DNA of 38,717 nt from the UHGV virus genome UHGV-0007863, one strand, 5' to 3'. Of the stretch, positions 1 to 8,768 are shown one piece after another (the stretch's first letter is position 1; every line of letters begins with the position of its first letter). Source of the DNA: a virus. The notes below the pieces were generated by a model. The model was given only the letters and a program-made list of their open reading frames with translations. It did no database searches and had not been told where the DNA came from. Both the position numbers and the translations under genes were made by a program.

Positions 1-47
1 TTAACAGCTAACTCATAGCAACTCATTCCTATTCAGATACTAATTTA

Positions 48-73
48 ACCCTCTGTTTTTACAGAGGGTTTTT
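48..73. repeat. Terminator-like hairpin ACCCTCTGTTTTTACAGAGGGTTTTT; candidate attL core (left prophage boundary)
   Basis: Stem CCCTCTG/CAGAGGG followed by a T-run; a 24/26-identical copy sits at 38685-38710, with both differences in the loop. Confidence 0.4.
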
Positions 74-125
74 GTTTTTATGTATTCATTTCTATTCACT
101 CTACACCATATTTTTCGTCGGTACA

Positions 126-165
126 GGTGACGGTATTACCTTAAAGGTATACTCTCATACCGTCA
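126..165. promoter_or_regulatory. Integrase-upstream repeat cluster: GGTGACGGTAT (126-136), inverted copy ATACCGTCA (157-165), flanking a near-operator TTACC-TTAAA-GGTAT (136-150)
   Basis: Read directly; the same 11-mer GGTGACGGTAT recurs at 38559-38569 just inside the right end, as expected for integrase arm-type sites. Confidence 0.35.
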
Positions 166-192
166 TGAAAATGGTTTCTATACGGGTGAATT

Positions 193-1449
193 GTGCTTAC
201 CGATACAAAATTAAAAAACCTCAAGCCGCAGGACAAACTGTACAAGGTCTCCGATCGTGACGGGCTGTATGTAGCTGTGCTTACGTCAGGCACGGTCTCG
301 TTTCGCTATGACTACCGTATCAACGGTCGCCGCGAAACACTGGTAATCGGGCAGTATGGGCGTGACGGTATCAGCCTGGCAGAAGCGCGAGAAGAACTGA
401 TTGCTGCAAAGAAGCTGCTTAAAGCAGGCCAGTCACCGGCTGCGGCTAAACGTGACGGTATCAAAAAGATTCGTGGTGCCGAGACGTTTGCGGTACATAC
501 CGACAGTTATATGAAACACGTCATCCTGGCTGACAGTACCCGCGCAATGAAGCAGGCGGTGATCGACCGTGACATACTTCCGGTTCTTGGCAACAAAATG
601 ATGGCTGAAATTACCACATCGATGGTTCGTGATTTGTGTGACCGGATTGTCGAACGCGGTGGTCGGGCAACAGCAGTACAGGCCAGGGAGATCATCAGCA
701 GCGTATACCGTCACGCCAATGACCGTGGTCATGGTTTGTTTAATCCTGCGGCTGACATTAAACCTTCGTCTATCGCCATATTTAAACCACGAGAGCGAAC
801 ACTGACACCAGAAGAAATTGGCCTGTTCTTCCGCACGCTGGATGCCATTGGTGCTATGGGCACTATGAAAATGGCTTTAAAGCTGGTGCTTATCACTATG
901 GTTCGTAAAGGCGAATTCACCAATGCAACGTGGGATGAAATAGATTTTAAAAAATGGACATGGACAATTCCTTCAGACCGCATGAAGGGAAGCCGGGCGC
1001 ACGTTATTTACCTGCCTAAACAGGCACAGGATATATTGGTTGGGTTGCAGATGTGCGCTGGTGGAAGTGAATATCTGGTTCCTGGTCGTTACAATTTCCG
1101 GAAGCCATTATCTAATGCCGCGCTGAACTCTCTGATCGACAGAACGGTGAAAATAATAAATGAAGATGGTGAGCATATTCAGGGCTTCACCGTACACGAT
1201 ATGCGCCGTACAGCCAGTACGTTGTTGCATGAGGCTGGTTATCCTTCAGACTGGATTGAAAAGGCGCTGGCACATGAGCAGAAAGGTGTGCGCGCCGTAT
1301 ATAACAAAGCGGAATACGCCAGACAGCGCGCCTGGATGTTGCAGCAGTGGGCCGATATGATTGATTCCTGGATTAACGGGGAGCATACGGATCTGATTCC
1401 GTTCTCCCCGTCGAAGTTTGAGAGGTGGATGGAAGACAGTAATAAATAA
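193..1449 (+). CDS. int: Tyrosine integrase, P4-type (N-terminal arm-binding domain)
   Basis: 418 aa; N-terminus LTDTKLKNLKP...YRINGRRE typical of P4-like integrases; C-terminal catalytic region with HDMRRT and a conserved Tyr region; GTG start; position at the element end. Confidence 0.9.
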   Translation: MLTDTKLKNLKPQDKLYKVSDRDGLYVAVLTSGTVSFRYDYRINGRRETLVIGQYGRDGISLAEAREELIAAKKLLKAGQSPAAAKRDGIKKIRGAETFAVHTDSYMKHVILADSTRAMKQAVIDRDILPVLGNKMMAEITTSMVRDLCDRIVERGGRATAVQAREIISSVYRHANDRGHGLFNPAADIKPSSIAIFKPRERTLTPEEIGLFFRTLDAIGAMGTMKMALKLVLITMVRKGEFTNATWDEIDFKKWTWTIPSDRMKGSRAHVIYLPKQAQDILVGLQMCAGGSEYLVPGRYNFRKPLSNAALNSLIDRTVKIINEDGEHIQGFTVHDMRRTASTLLHEAGYPSDWIEKALAHEQKGVRAVYNKAEYARQRAWMLQQWADMIDSWINGEHTDLIPFSPSKFERWMEDSNK

Positions 1450-1451
1450 TT

Positions 1452-2111
1452 CTATCCTTCCTGGACTTTGGTAAGCGTCAGATTTCCGCAGAACACTGCG
1501 CCGGTGTCGATGTACATCTGGTTTGCATACACCAGTGGGTGATGTGCTGGCGTATGACCGAAGATGAACAAATCGGCACCGGTTATCTCCGAGACAATAC
1601 CGTCCTGCGCGTCGCTAACCCGCTCACGATTCCATATCACCATTTCTTCTGGTACTGGCTTATCGAATGCGTATTCGTTGTGCGGGTAGTCTGCGTGACA
1701 GATGACGACCTTCTTATTGCCGGTAACCAGTTCGATAATCATCGGGAGGTTGGTAATCTTTGGCAGAAGGTATTTGAGTTGCACATCCTGCTCAGAATCA
1801 AGTTGGTGCCACCATCCACCGCCGTTTGACATCCAATGTCCGAAACTTCCGCCGTTGACCAGTGCATCCAGCATCATCTGCTCATGGTTGCCACGAACAG
1901 CTCGGAACCACGGCATAGTAATCAAATCCAGGCATTCGACGTTTTCAGCGCCGCGGTCAACAAGGTCACCAACGGAAATAAGCAAATCGCGCGCCGGGTC
2001 GAATGAAACTTTGTCGAGTTCGTTCATCAGCAGCGTGTAGCACCCATGCAGATCGCCGACGACGAAGATATTGCACCAGTCAGCGCCATTGATGCGTTGA
2101 TATAGGTTCAT
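1452..2111 (-). CDS. Ser/Thr protein phosphatase, calcineurin-like metallophosphoesterase (lambda NinI / PrpA-like)
   Basis: 219 aa; PPP-family motifs GDLHG, GDLVDRG and GNHE present in order. Confidence 0.85.
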   Translation of the reverse strand: MNLYQRINGADWCNIFVVGDLHGCYTLLMNELDKVSFDPARDLLISVGDLVDRGAENVECLDLITMPWFRAVRGNHEQMMLDALVNGGSFGHWMSNGGGWWHQLDSEQDVQLKYLLPKITNLPMIIELVTGNKKVVICHADYPHNEYAFDKPVPEEMVIWNRERVSDAQDGIVSEITGADLFIFGHTPAHHPLVYANQMYIDTGAVFCGNLTLTKVQEG

Positions 2112-2770
2112 GCTGCACGCTCCCGCCCCTGGTTGTCTGTTGGTGACAGCGGAGCATTGCTGAATGCATTTGTTAATCTGGCAATATCCAACGCGTATCC
2201 AGGGTGTAGTTGCACTGCCGGGTCTTCACACTGATTACCCCAAACATCGAAGCCATGAGACGACTGGCGGGCGAACAGTTCAATGCGAGAAACATCGCCT
2301 AACAATTGCACAAGTTTTTCACGAACGACATCTGGTTTTCTTGAGTGCTCAAGCCGCGGTGCGGTAAATGACTGAACGATCCCTGCATTAATGCGCGGAG
2401 GTAGTTTTCCCTTTACCGCAAACAGGCAATCTTCACTATTGGCGCGAGTCATGTGTCCCATACCCATAACCAGTTTATCTGGTTGTCGACTACCACATTT
2501 TATCCACGTGAAGCCCTTCATCGTCATCAGACGAAATCCCCAGGCTTCAACAACTTTTAGTGCTTCGAGTGGTTGTGTTGGCACCCACCACATGGCCAAC
2601 AGACAGTTTTCATCGGCCAAATCCCACACAGGAAGGCGGCAGATATCCAGCACACTCATAACCGGATATTTAAAACCGACACCGCGATTACCATCTGCGG
2701 CTTTGTCCCGGTATACCCAAGGTGGATCTGCATAGATTAGTGTGTATTTCTTAGTCATAAACCACCCCAC
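2108..2770 (-). CDS. MT-A70-family N6-adenine DNA methyltransferase
   Basis: 220 aa; catalytic DPPW motif in IYADPPWVY near the N-terminus; 4-nt ATGA overlap with the downstream phosphatase gene. Confidence 0.8.
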   Translation of the reverse strand: MGWFMTKKYTLIYADPPWVYRDKAADGNRGVGFKYPVMSVLDICRLPVWDLADENCLLAMWWVPTQPLEALKVVEAWGFRLMTMKGFTWIKCGSRQPDKLVMGMGHMTRANSEDCLFAVKGKLPPRINAGIVQSFTAPRLEHSRKPDVVREKLVQLLGDVSRIELFARQSSHGFDVWGNQCEDPAVQLHPGYALDIARLTNAFSNAPLSPTDNQGRERAA

Positions 2771-3050
2771 AACATCCTATGCCGCTATAGTCGCCACGGC
2801 GAAGGCCGTTACCTTTTGTGATACATTGGTCCCTGCGAACCGCGATCCTTGCACGCTCAACATCACCAGAAGCAACATCCATGCACTGAAGCCAAAGGTG
2901 GGCGGCAATGCGGAACTGCCCTTTTTTCTCTCTTTCAATCGCGCGTTTTTCGATCTCTATCGCCGCAGGAGTAACGGCAACAACCTTTGAAGGGCTGCGC
3001 ATTGAAACCTTGTTCATGTGATATTTTTCAAGTCGGCTTAACTTTCTCAC
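2751..3050 (-). CDS. Hypothetical protein, first gene of the phosphatase/methyltransferase sub-operon
   Basis: 99-aa ORF overlapping the methyltransferase start by 20 nt; an internal Met could be the true start; no recognisable motif. Confidence 0.4.
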   Translation of the reverse strand: MRKLSRLEKYHMNKVSMRSPSKVVAVTPAAIEIEKRAIEREKKGQFRIAAHLWLQCMDVASGDVERARIAVRRDQCITKGNGLRRGDYSGIGCCGVVYD

Positions 3051-3159
3051 TTAATCCAACCCTCTCTGAAAATTAATGCCAGCAGATAAAGCCATGCTGA
3101 AACAGAGGCCAGGAATAAGTACCATCCTGACCATTTGCTCCAGTGCCTTAGCAGCGCAC

Positions 3160-3408
3160 TCATGCAGCGTTGCTCACAGGACGATATACACGTTGCTGAA
3201 CAGGAGGTTTTTTACCCTGGAACTCTGCCGGGCTTGCTGCCTGACGTTCATCAAGCCAACGCTCAACTTCGTCACGGTTCCATGCGCAGCGTTTGTCAGT
3301 GATATACCAGCGTTTAGGAAATTCACCTGCGCGCTCCATACGGTCGATAGTGCTCCATGACAGTGGCACCACCGCCAGGAGTTCCTTCTTACCTAATGCA
3401 CCTTTCAT
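3160..3408 (-). CDS. AlpA-family phage transcriptional regulator / excisionase-like protein
   Basis: 82 aa; LLAVVPLSWSTIDRMERAGEFPKRWYITDKRCAWNRDEVERWL matches the AlpA-type helix-turn-helix pattern. Confidence 0.75.
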   Translation of the reverse strand: MKGALGKKELLAVVPLSWSTIDRMERAGEFPKRWYITDKRCAWNRDEVERWLDERQAASPAEFQGKKPPVQQRVYRPVSNAA

Positions 3409-3457
3409 AAATACCTCTCTTGGTTGCAGTGCGGCGCGCGTGGCGCCGCGGTGGTGG

Positions 3458-4339
3458 TTACATAGATGTTTCGTTTAATTCTTCCCGACGAACGCTGTAA
3501 ACGTCGGTGGCTTTTGCCAGCAGTTCGTCATCATCTGAAAGTTTTTGTGCAATGTATTTGTAAGCCTTATCCAGTTCGGAGACAGTGCTGTAATTCATCG
3601 CTGCGCTGGTAAAGGCCATCAGCATTTCTTCTGGATCACGGCTATCCGCTTTACGCGTTTGCTCATCAGGCTTTTTCGCTGGTTTAGCGTTGATCAGACT
3701 GTTCATTCCCGCAGCAGTGGTCGTTTGCGGAGTAATGTCTCGCTCAACGCGCGGTGCCGTTTCCTGTAATTCGTCAGGGGTGTAAACACCGAGAAGTACA
3801 TCAGGAGCGTGCAGGCGAGCCCATCGTTTCGTGCAAAGATAGGCAAGCTGCTGGCGCGGATCCTGTTCCCACAATGGAGAGTTACGCACTCCGGCTTGCG
3901 CCATACTGATGGTAAGCTCACGGGGTTCTGCTTCTCCTTTAAGAACTGCTGACACAGTTACCGTCAGATTCGGTGATTTATCTGTTTTGCCGTTAACATT
4001 CGACCAGTCACCGCTCCAGCGATAATTCAGGCGTGTCGCTAGCAGGCTGGAAGAGGATACGACCGCGTTTACCAACTGTGCTTCGTAGCCTAACGTTCCG
4101 TTTACCACATGCGTTTTCTGCGCCACGGCGAAAGGGTTCATTCCCCACTGTGCCGCCTGCATGGTCACCGCCAGACAATCGGCAGGTTTGCCTTCAAGAT
4201 GTTTCGGTACAGTCGCTTTGCTTTGTGACATCAACTCCGCGAAACGCACCAGTTGATTCATGCCCTCCGGGCTGAAGATTGCCGCAGCAGTACCTACAGT
4301 TGCGCCTGGTTGTGATGTGATTGCGATATCATTGCTCAT
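3458..4339 (-). CDS. Single-strand annealing protein, Bet/RecT superfamily
   Basis: 293 aa; segment AAQWGMNPF resembles the lambda Bet core (ANQYGLNPW); 4-nt overlap with the upstream exonuclease gene. Confidence 0.65.
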   Translation of the reverse strand: MSNDIAITSQPGATVGTAAAIFSPEGMNQLVRFAELMSQSKATVPKHLEGKPADCLAVTMQAAQWGMNPFAVAQKTHVVNGTLGYEAQLVNAVVSSSSLLATRLNYRWSGDWSNVNGKTDKSPNLTVTVSAVLKGEAEPRELTISMAQAGVRNSPLWEQDPRQQLAYLCTKRWARLHAPDVLLGVYTPDELQETAPRVERDITPQTTTAAGMNSLINAKPAKKPDEQTRKADSRDPEEMLMAFTSAAMNYSTVSELDKAYKYIAQKLSDDDELLAKATDVYSVRREELNETSM

Positions 4340-5157
4340 ACGTACATATCCTGTTTACGTGCCCAGTCAGGGCGTTTAATAATTTCCACTCCGCCCCATT
4401 CATCGTTGATGCGGCATTCGTGATAGGTATTCAGATCCCGGCGGAACAGAGCGTGCCCGGCATCGACATCTGGCGCATCCAGCTCGAACACGCGTACCGG
4501 ATACCGACCACAATCAATGCTTTCGCTCACGGCAAGAAAGAAAAAACCATGCGGCTGACCAGTAACCCTCATTGCGCCTTCGCGGTACATTGCGTCCTGC
4601 ACGTGGTAGCGGAATTCCTCGATGTGGCGTGCAAAACGGTCCATATCTGCAACCTTTTTCACGTCGACGATCACGTTGTGCTCGTTCAGCCATTTGTCTG
4701 GACGAATTCGGCACAACTCACCCGTCTCTTCATCGTTCCAGTACATTGATGCTTCGCAGTAACCAGGTGCTTCCAGCATCCAGCGTGCCGCCGGGTGAGC
4801 CATTGCGCTATCACGCATCAGCTCCAGTTTTCGCCACTGCTCGACATCAAGTACCGTAATACCCATATCCGCCACATCACGAAGAAATGCTTCTTCGTCA
4901 GCTTTACCTTGTTTTGTCCGACGATCGAACTTCGGTGAAACAATGAAGCGTTTGTCGAATTCTCCAGGCTCCAGAAGCAGACAGTGCAATGCGGTTCCCA
5001 TATCCAGTGCAGACTTTTTCTCTTCGTCTTCTGGTGCTGCCTGAACCCATTTCAGAAGGGCAGGGTTCTTAGCCACCATATCTAGCTGCGACTTACTCAC
5101 GCCGTCACCGGCGTGGTAGTCCTCGTTGCTGATATCGAAATAAATTCCCGGATTCAT
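4336..5157 (-). CDS. PD-(D/E)XK exonuclease, RecE C-terminal-domain-like partner of the annealing protein
   Basis: 273 aa; D-x-K signature (IVDVKKV) and synteny with the annealing-protein gene. Confidence 0.65.
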   Translation of the reverse strand: MNPGIYFDISNEDYHAGDGVSKSQLDMVAKNPALLKWVQAAPEDEEKKSALDMGTALHCLLLEPGEFDKRFIVSPKFDRRTKQGKADEEAFLRDVADMGITVLDVEQWRKLELMRDSAMAHPAARWMLEAPGYCEASMYWNDEETGELCRIRPDKWLNEHNVIVDVKKVADMDRFARHIEEFRYHVQDAMYREGAMRVTGQPHGFFFLAVSESIDCGRYPVRVFELDAPDVDAGHALFRRDLNTYHECRINDEWGGVEIIKRPDWARKQDMYV

Positions 5158-5453
5158 GCCGCGTCCCTCTGCCCATCAATCTGATCAGCCAGATCCCAGC
5201 GGGCGATAATTGCCATTGCCTCGCGCCGGTAGGCATCCATTAGTTCTTCGAACTCAGGGCTGTCTTTAGCGGCCTCCAGTACTTCCTGGCGAACGCCTTT
5301 AACTGTTACAACGTCAAAAGTTGATGCCAGTTGATGAAGCCGGATACTCTCAATCAGTTCAACTTGTCGGTCATATAGCTGTTCTGACAGGCGGTAGTCC
5401 TTGTCGAATGCCAGCATGATTTTTTGAAGATTTTTCTGCTGATTAACGTTCAT
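5154..5453 (-). CDS. Hypothetical early protein
   Basis: ORF track gives 5154-5468; the internal ATG at 5453 (MNVNQQ...) has a strong GGGAGGG Shine-Dalgarno 6 nt upstream, so the shorter start is preferred. Confidence 0.5.
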   Translation of the reverse strand: MNVNQQKNLQKIMLAFDKDYRLSEQLYDRQVELIESIRLHQLASTFDVVTVKGVRQEVLEAAKDSPEFEELMDAYRREAMAIIARWDLADQIDGQRDAA

Positions 5454-5455
5454 TA

Positions 5456-5608
5456 TCAGCCCTCCCATATCTCGTTATCGTTGGCCACATCGCGAGCTTC
5501 TTTGCTGACGAAAGCCCACTTAATGCCTTCCTGTAATGTGCGGAACTTCCAGCTCATGAATCCGCATGCAGTAACGCAGTACCAACCGTTGATGATTTTC
5601 CACTGCAT
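5456..5608 (-). CDS. Candidate small protein (50 aa, Trp-rich), first gene of the leftward early operon
   Basis: Hand-translated: MQWKIINGWYCVTACGFMSWKFRTLQEGIKWAFVSKEARDVANDNEIWEG; GAGGT 8 nt upstream of ATG; below the ORF-track size cut-off. Confidence 0.3.
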   Translation of the reverse strand: MQWKIINGWYCVTACGFMSWKFRTLQEGIKWAFVSKEARDVANDNEIWEG

Positions 5609-5627
5609 AACTTGTTACCTCGGTCTG

Positions 5628-5704
5628 TTACCGTTGAGGTAATAATTATGCGTATCTGGTTTGATGTCAATAGATATGAGTTAAAAAAATTACCCGTTAG
5701 GTAA
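5628..5704. promoter_or_regulatory. Two perfect TTACC-N5-GGTAA palindromes (5628-5642, 5690-5704); candidate leftward operator (OL-like)
   Basis: Read directly: TTACC-GTTGA-GGTAA and TTACC-CGTTA-GGTAA in the intergenic gap between the repressor terminator and the leftward operon. Confidence 0.6.
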
Positions 5705-5711
5705 TCAAATA

Positions 5712-5739
5712 GGCAATAAAAAAGCCGCCATGAGGCGGC
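5712..5739 (-). terminator. Rho-independent terminator after the repressor gene
   Basis: Hairpin GCCGCC-ATGA-GGCGGC followed on the minus strand by TTTTTTATT. Confidence 0.6.
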
Positions 5740-5761
5740 TTACTTACTGAAAAATATAGTT

Positions 5762-6346
5762 TTATTGTTTGCTTTTTTCGTTCTGGTTGATGACAAATTC
5801 AATGTAACTTTCGATCTTTGCTTTCTCGGTTTCGGGTAACAATGCGTAGCGTGAGCGGTCATAGTTGATAGTCGCAGGGTCGTGCGGGTGAATCAGTAGT
5901 TCATATCCGTGACGCCCGAATGCGGATGCAACATTCTCCAGGGTGGAAATGGAAACGCTGACCTCATTGTTTAACAGGCGGCTGATTGTCACCTGGGCGA
6001 CGCCGGATGCGCGGTGAAGTTTTCCCTGTGTTGAAAGGTCGCGGCTTTCGCTCATCCAGCGTTCCAGGTTGTGAGCCGCCAGCTGACCTATATCGCTCGG
6101 GCCGACAGGCTGAAAACCCTCCTGAGAAAGCGAACGATCAATATCAAGCCAGTTACGGGGTTTATTGGCGGCAGCTTCAATTTTTCGTGCAACCTGGTCG
6201 CCGATAACCTTCTTGCCAAGAGCCCAGCGGTTTACCAGATTTGCCTGAGTTCCAAGTTTTTCTGCCATCCGCGTCTGAACACCATTGAATTCACGGTCGA
6301 TCAAGTCGTTGAGATTTTGCCTGCGGACGTCCTGGATACTTTTCAT
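5762..6346 (-). CDS. Prophage repressor (CI-like) with two HTH-like segments and no recognisable S24 peptidase domain
   Basis: 194 aa; HTH-like segments GVQTRMAEKLGTQANLVNRW and SGVAQVTISRLLNNEVSVSISTLENVASAF; no Ser-Lys dyad domain seen; divergent from a cro-like gene. Confidence 0.7.
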   Translation of the reverse strand: MKSIQDVRRQNLNDLIDREFNGVQTRMAEKLGTQANLVNRWALGKKVIGDQVARKIEAAANKPRNWLDIDRSLSQEGFQPVGPSDIGQLAAHNLERWMSESRDLSTQGKLHRASGVAQVTISRLLNNEVSVSISTLENVASAFGRHGYELLIHPHDPATINYDRSRYALLPETEKAKIESYIEFVINQNEKSKQ

Positions 6347-6401
6347 TTTCTGGAAAATCGCCTCATATATGAATCAGTAGATGATTCAATTTAAAGCAAT
6401 A

Positions 6402-6464
6402 TTACCCAACAGGTAAATGCACCTCATAGGTAACTATCCTTGATTTTTGTTACCTTATGGGTGA
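6402..6464. promoter_or_regulatory. Tripartite operator between repressor and cro-like genes: TTACC-CAACA-GGTAA (6402-6416), GCACC-TCATA-GGTAA (6419-6433), TTACC-TTATG-GGTGA (6450-6464)
   Basis: Three copies of the same dyad in the 154-bp divergent intergenic region, overlapping a -35-like TTGATT at 6440-6445. Confidence 0.65.
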
Positions 6465-6500
6465 ATATTTATTATCTGAAATAAATATCAGGCAATAGCT

Positions 6501-6731
6501 ATGAGCGATAACGGACATTTCGATTTCAAAAAGCACTGGCTTGCACTTACTCCGGATGAGCGTGAAGCCTTCGCACAGGAAGCCGGAACGACGAGTCACT
6601 ATATCCAGACTCACTTAACAGGTAAGCGCAAAATGCCAGGTAAGGTATTGATGAATGGGCTTTTTAAAGCCTGTAAAACAAGACAATGGCTGCGCTCAAA
6701 AGCAGAACTGGCATACTTCTTCTACTCATGA
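6501..6731 (+). CDS. Cro-like HTH regulator
   Basis: 76 aa; divergent from the repressor across the operator cluster; HTH-like AQEAGTTSHYIQTHLTGKRKMP. Confidence 0.6.
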   Translation: MSDNGHFDFKKHWLALTPDEREAFAQEAGTTSHYIQTHLTGKRKMPGKVLMNGLFKACKTRQWLRSKAELAYFFYS

Positions 6732-6753
6732 TATCCAGCTACAACCCTCTGTA

Positions 6754-6778
6754 GACCGCCACCCGGCGGTCTTTTCAT
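6754..6778 (+). terminator. Rho-independent terminator downstream of cro-like gene
   Basis: GACCGCC-ACCC-GGCGGTC followed by TTTTC. Confidence 0.55.
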
Positions 6779-6786
6779 ATCTATTC

Positions 6787-6801
6787 GTACCTCAAAGGTA
6801 A
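6787..6801. promoter_or_regulatory. Near-perfect operator-like palindrome GTACC-TCAAA-GGTAA
   Basis: One mismatch to TTACC-N5-GGTAA; lies between the cro terminator and the next gene. Confidence 0.45.
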
Positions 6802-6879
6802 TAAAAAACCAAATCTGGTTGATCAAATTTTCCAATTGTGCAAAATAGCCAATATCAATAACAAAAAGGGGCGGAAAAA

Positions 6880-7092
6880 TTGAAGATAGTAACCAGAATG
6901 GAGGCCGCAAAAGCCGGGTTAAATCGCTATTTCACAGGAAAGCGGTGCCGTCACGGCCATCTCTCTGAAAGGTATGTTCTGAACGGAACATGTGTTGAAT
7001 GTGCAATGAATAGCGCCAACCGCCATCGTAATGAATTTGCTTGTGCACTAAAGAGTGCAAGAGGGGAAACCTATGGCAAGCAGCTGGATTAA
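6880..7092 (+). CDS. Small Cys/His-rich protein at the cII position
   Basis: 70 aa with C-x-H-G-H ... C-x-x-C spacing suggestive of zinc binding; TTG start with GGGG upstream; overlaps the initiator start. Confidence 0.4.
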   Translation: MKIVTRMEAAKAGLNRYFTGKRCRHGHLSERYVLNGTCVECAMNSANRHRNEFACALKSARGETYGKQLD

Positions 7093-7903
7093 GGTTGAAG
7101 TTATCACTCCTGATAAACCTGAAATTTTTCAGATAGCAGAAATTCTGGGTATTGATCCAGATGCTGTTCTTGGAAAGCTGGTTCGTATATGGGCATGGGC
7201 TGACCAGCAAACAATAGACGGTAACGCTGGCAGCGTTACAAAAGGAGTACTTGATAGACTCGCTTTTATTACAGGATTTGCTGACGCCCTCATTAGCGTC
7301 GGATGGCTTGCTTATCATGACGGCAAACTAATTCTTCCAAACTTTGAGCGACACAATGGAGAATCATCGAAAAAACGTGCACTTACGAATAGAAGAGTGG
7401 CAGAGCATCGAAAACGAGTAACGCAAAAAGTAACGCCAACAGCGTTACAAAAGGAGTTACCAGAGGAAGAGGAAGAGGAAGATATATATAAAACCCCACA
7501 CATAGCGCACGTGCGCGAGGGTGCTCCGACCAGTGAAGCGAACGGTATGCCGTTGCAGGTGGCTGAACCTGAATTTCTGGATGGCCTGAGTGAACCCATC
7601 GGGAAATTTCCGATGACCGATGGCTGGCATCCGTCGCCGGATTTTCGACGGCGTGCTGCGCTGTGGGGAACGGCCCTGCCGGAACCGGAATTTACACCTG
7701 CTGAACTTGCTGCATTCCGGGATTACTGGATGGCTGAGGGCAAAGTGTTCACGCAGGTTCAGTGGGAACAAAAATTCGCCAGGCACGTAAATCATATCAG
7801 GGGAAAATCAAAAAACGCCGGGAAAAGCGATGAGCTTGACTGGAATAACACTGACTGGATAGAAGGGGTGTGGGATGAAATCAACTCCAGAACTTCTCAA
7901 TGA
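7073..7903 (+). CDS. Putative replication initiator (O-like) with internal iteron-like repeats
   Basis: ATG at 7073 with AGAGGGG Shine-Dalgarno; lies immediately upstream of the P-like gene; acidic linker PEEEEEED; function inferred from synteny and the internal repeats. Confidence 0.55.
   Translation: MASSWIKVEVITPDKPEIFQIAEILGIDPDAVLGKLVRIWAWADQQTIDGNAGSVTKGVLDRLAFITGFADALISVGWLAYHDGKLILPNFERHNGESSKKRALTNRRVAEHRKRVTQKVTPTALQKELPEEEEEEDIYKTPHIAHVREGAPTSEANGMPLQVAEPEFLDGLSEPIGKFPMTDGWHPSPDFRRRAALWGTALPEPEFTPAELAAFRDYWMAEGKVFTQVQWEQKFARHVNHIRGKSKNAGKSDELDWNNTDWIEGVWDEINSRTSQ
7221..7494. repeat. Candidate origin of replication inside the initiator gene
   Basis: GTAACGC half-sites at 7221(+), 7233(-), 7418(+), 7430(+), 7442(-); two copies of a ~28-bp unit GTAACGC-N5-GCGTTAC-AAAAGGAGT (7221-7248, 7430-7457) read in different frames; then (AGAGGA)x3 at 7462-7479 and an AT-rich GATATATATAAAA. 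Confidence 0.4.
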
Positions 7904-8651
7904 GTACGATCGCTTACGTGAGCATGGTGTTGCTGTGCATGAAGAGCGGCGTGACAGCAATGGCAAAAAGGAGCAGGTTGCTAGAATTTTCAATGAACTA
8001 TTTGTCCAGTTACAGGCTGCATTTCCTGCAAGCGTTTCGACCATAAGGGAGCAGAACAAACTTAATGAATTCCGTAAGCAATGGATGCTTGCGTTTCTGG
8101 AGAATGGGATCACAACAATGGAACAGGTTAACGCTGGTATGCGCCACGCCCGCGCCAGTGAATCTCCGTTCTGGCCGTCGCCAGGGCAATTTATCAAGTG
8201 GTGTAAAGACAGCAAGATGGTTCTTGGCGTCACCATTGACGATGTGATGGCGGAGTTTCACCGGTACAGCAAGGAAAAAAGTTTATATCCTGGTGGTCCC
8301 GAAAGATTCCCGTGGCGGCATCCGGTTATGTACTGGGTCGTATGTGATACCCGCCGTGCAATGTATCAGCGCCAGCTTAGCGAGATTGAGGTTGAGAAAC
8401 ACGCGCGCAGGCTGCTCGATGATTGGGCGAAAAAGGTGGCTTCCGGACAGCAGATACCCGATCCGGTGATCAGCATACAGGCAAAGCCAGAGCCCATGAG
8501 TACACCTCCGGACACAGGGAGAGACGTTTACCACCCGCCAGGGCGAAGTTTCGGGTGCATGCCTAACGCCGCCACCCTGGGGGGAATAACACCGGCGCAG
8601 TGGCTGATGGAGGAATACAGGCGGGGAAAGGCGGCAGGATTTATCAAGTAA
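7875..8651 (+). CDS. Lambda P-like replication protein (replicative helicase loader)
   Basis: 258 aa; FPAS..REQNKLNEFRKQWMLAFLENGITTMEQVNAGMRHARASESPFWPSPGQFIKWCK closely parallels the lambda P N-terminal region as recalled. Confidence 0.8.
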   Translation: MKSTPELLNEYDRLREHGVAVHEERRDSNGKKEQVARIFNELFVQLQAAFPASVSTIREQNKLNEFRKQWMLAFLENGITTMEQVNAGMRHARASESPFWPSPGQFIKWCKDSKMVLGVTIDDVMAEFHRYSKEKSLYPGGPERFPWRHPVMYWVVCDTRRAMYQRQLSEIEVEKHARRLLDDWAKKVASGQQIPDPVISIQAKPEPMSTPPDTGRDVYHPPGRSFGCMPNAATLGGITPAQWLMEEYRRGKAAGFIK

Positions 8652-8688
8652 TACCAGCGCGATAGCGCATTTTTTTACGTCTCGATGA

Positions 8689-8765
8689 TTACCTTCTGGG
8701 TAATAAAATATTCTAAAATCTATTGATTTCGTGTCTTATGTGGTTTTTAATTACCTCTTGGGTAA
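8689..8765. promoter_or_regulatory. Two perfect TTACC-N5-GGTAA palindromes (8689-8703, 8751-8765) upstream of the nin-like block
   Basis: TTACC-TTCTG-GGTAA and TTACC-TCTTG-GGTAA; the second ends 3 nt before the ATG at 8769; preceded by a weak GC hairpin plus a 7-T run at 8657-8676. Confidence 0.6.
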
Positions 8766-8768
8766 ATC

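Noticed and set aside
433-983. Three minus-strand ORFs (433-732, 507-695, 729-983) inside the integrase gene
   Set aside because: They are antisense to a well-supported 418-aa integrase, with no ribosome-binding sites and low-complexity translations; judged to be chance open frames.
7462-7479. (AGAGGA)x3 as a stand-alone iteron array
   Set aside because: It encodes a poly-Glu linker (PEEEEEED) and could be purely coding; only the GTAACGC repeats, kept in different frames, are argued to be DNA-level elements.
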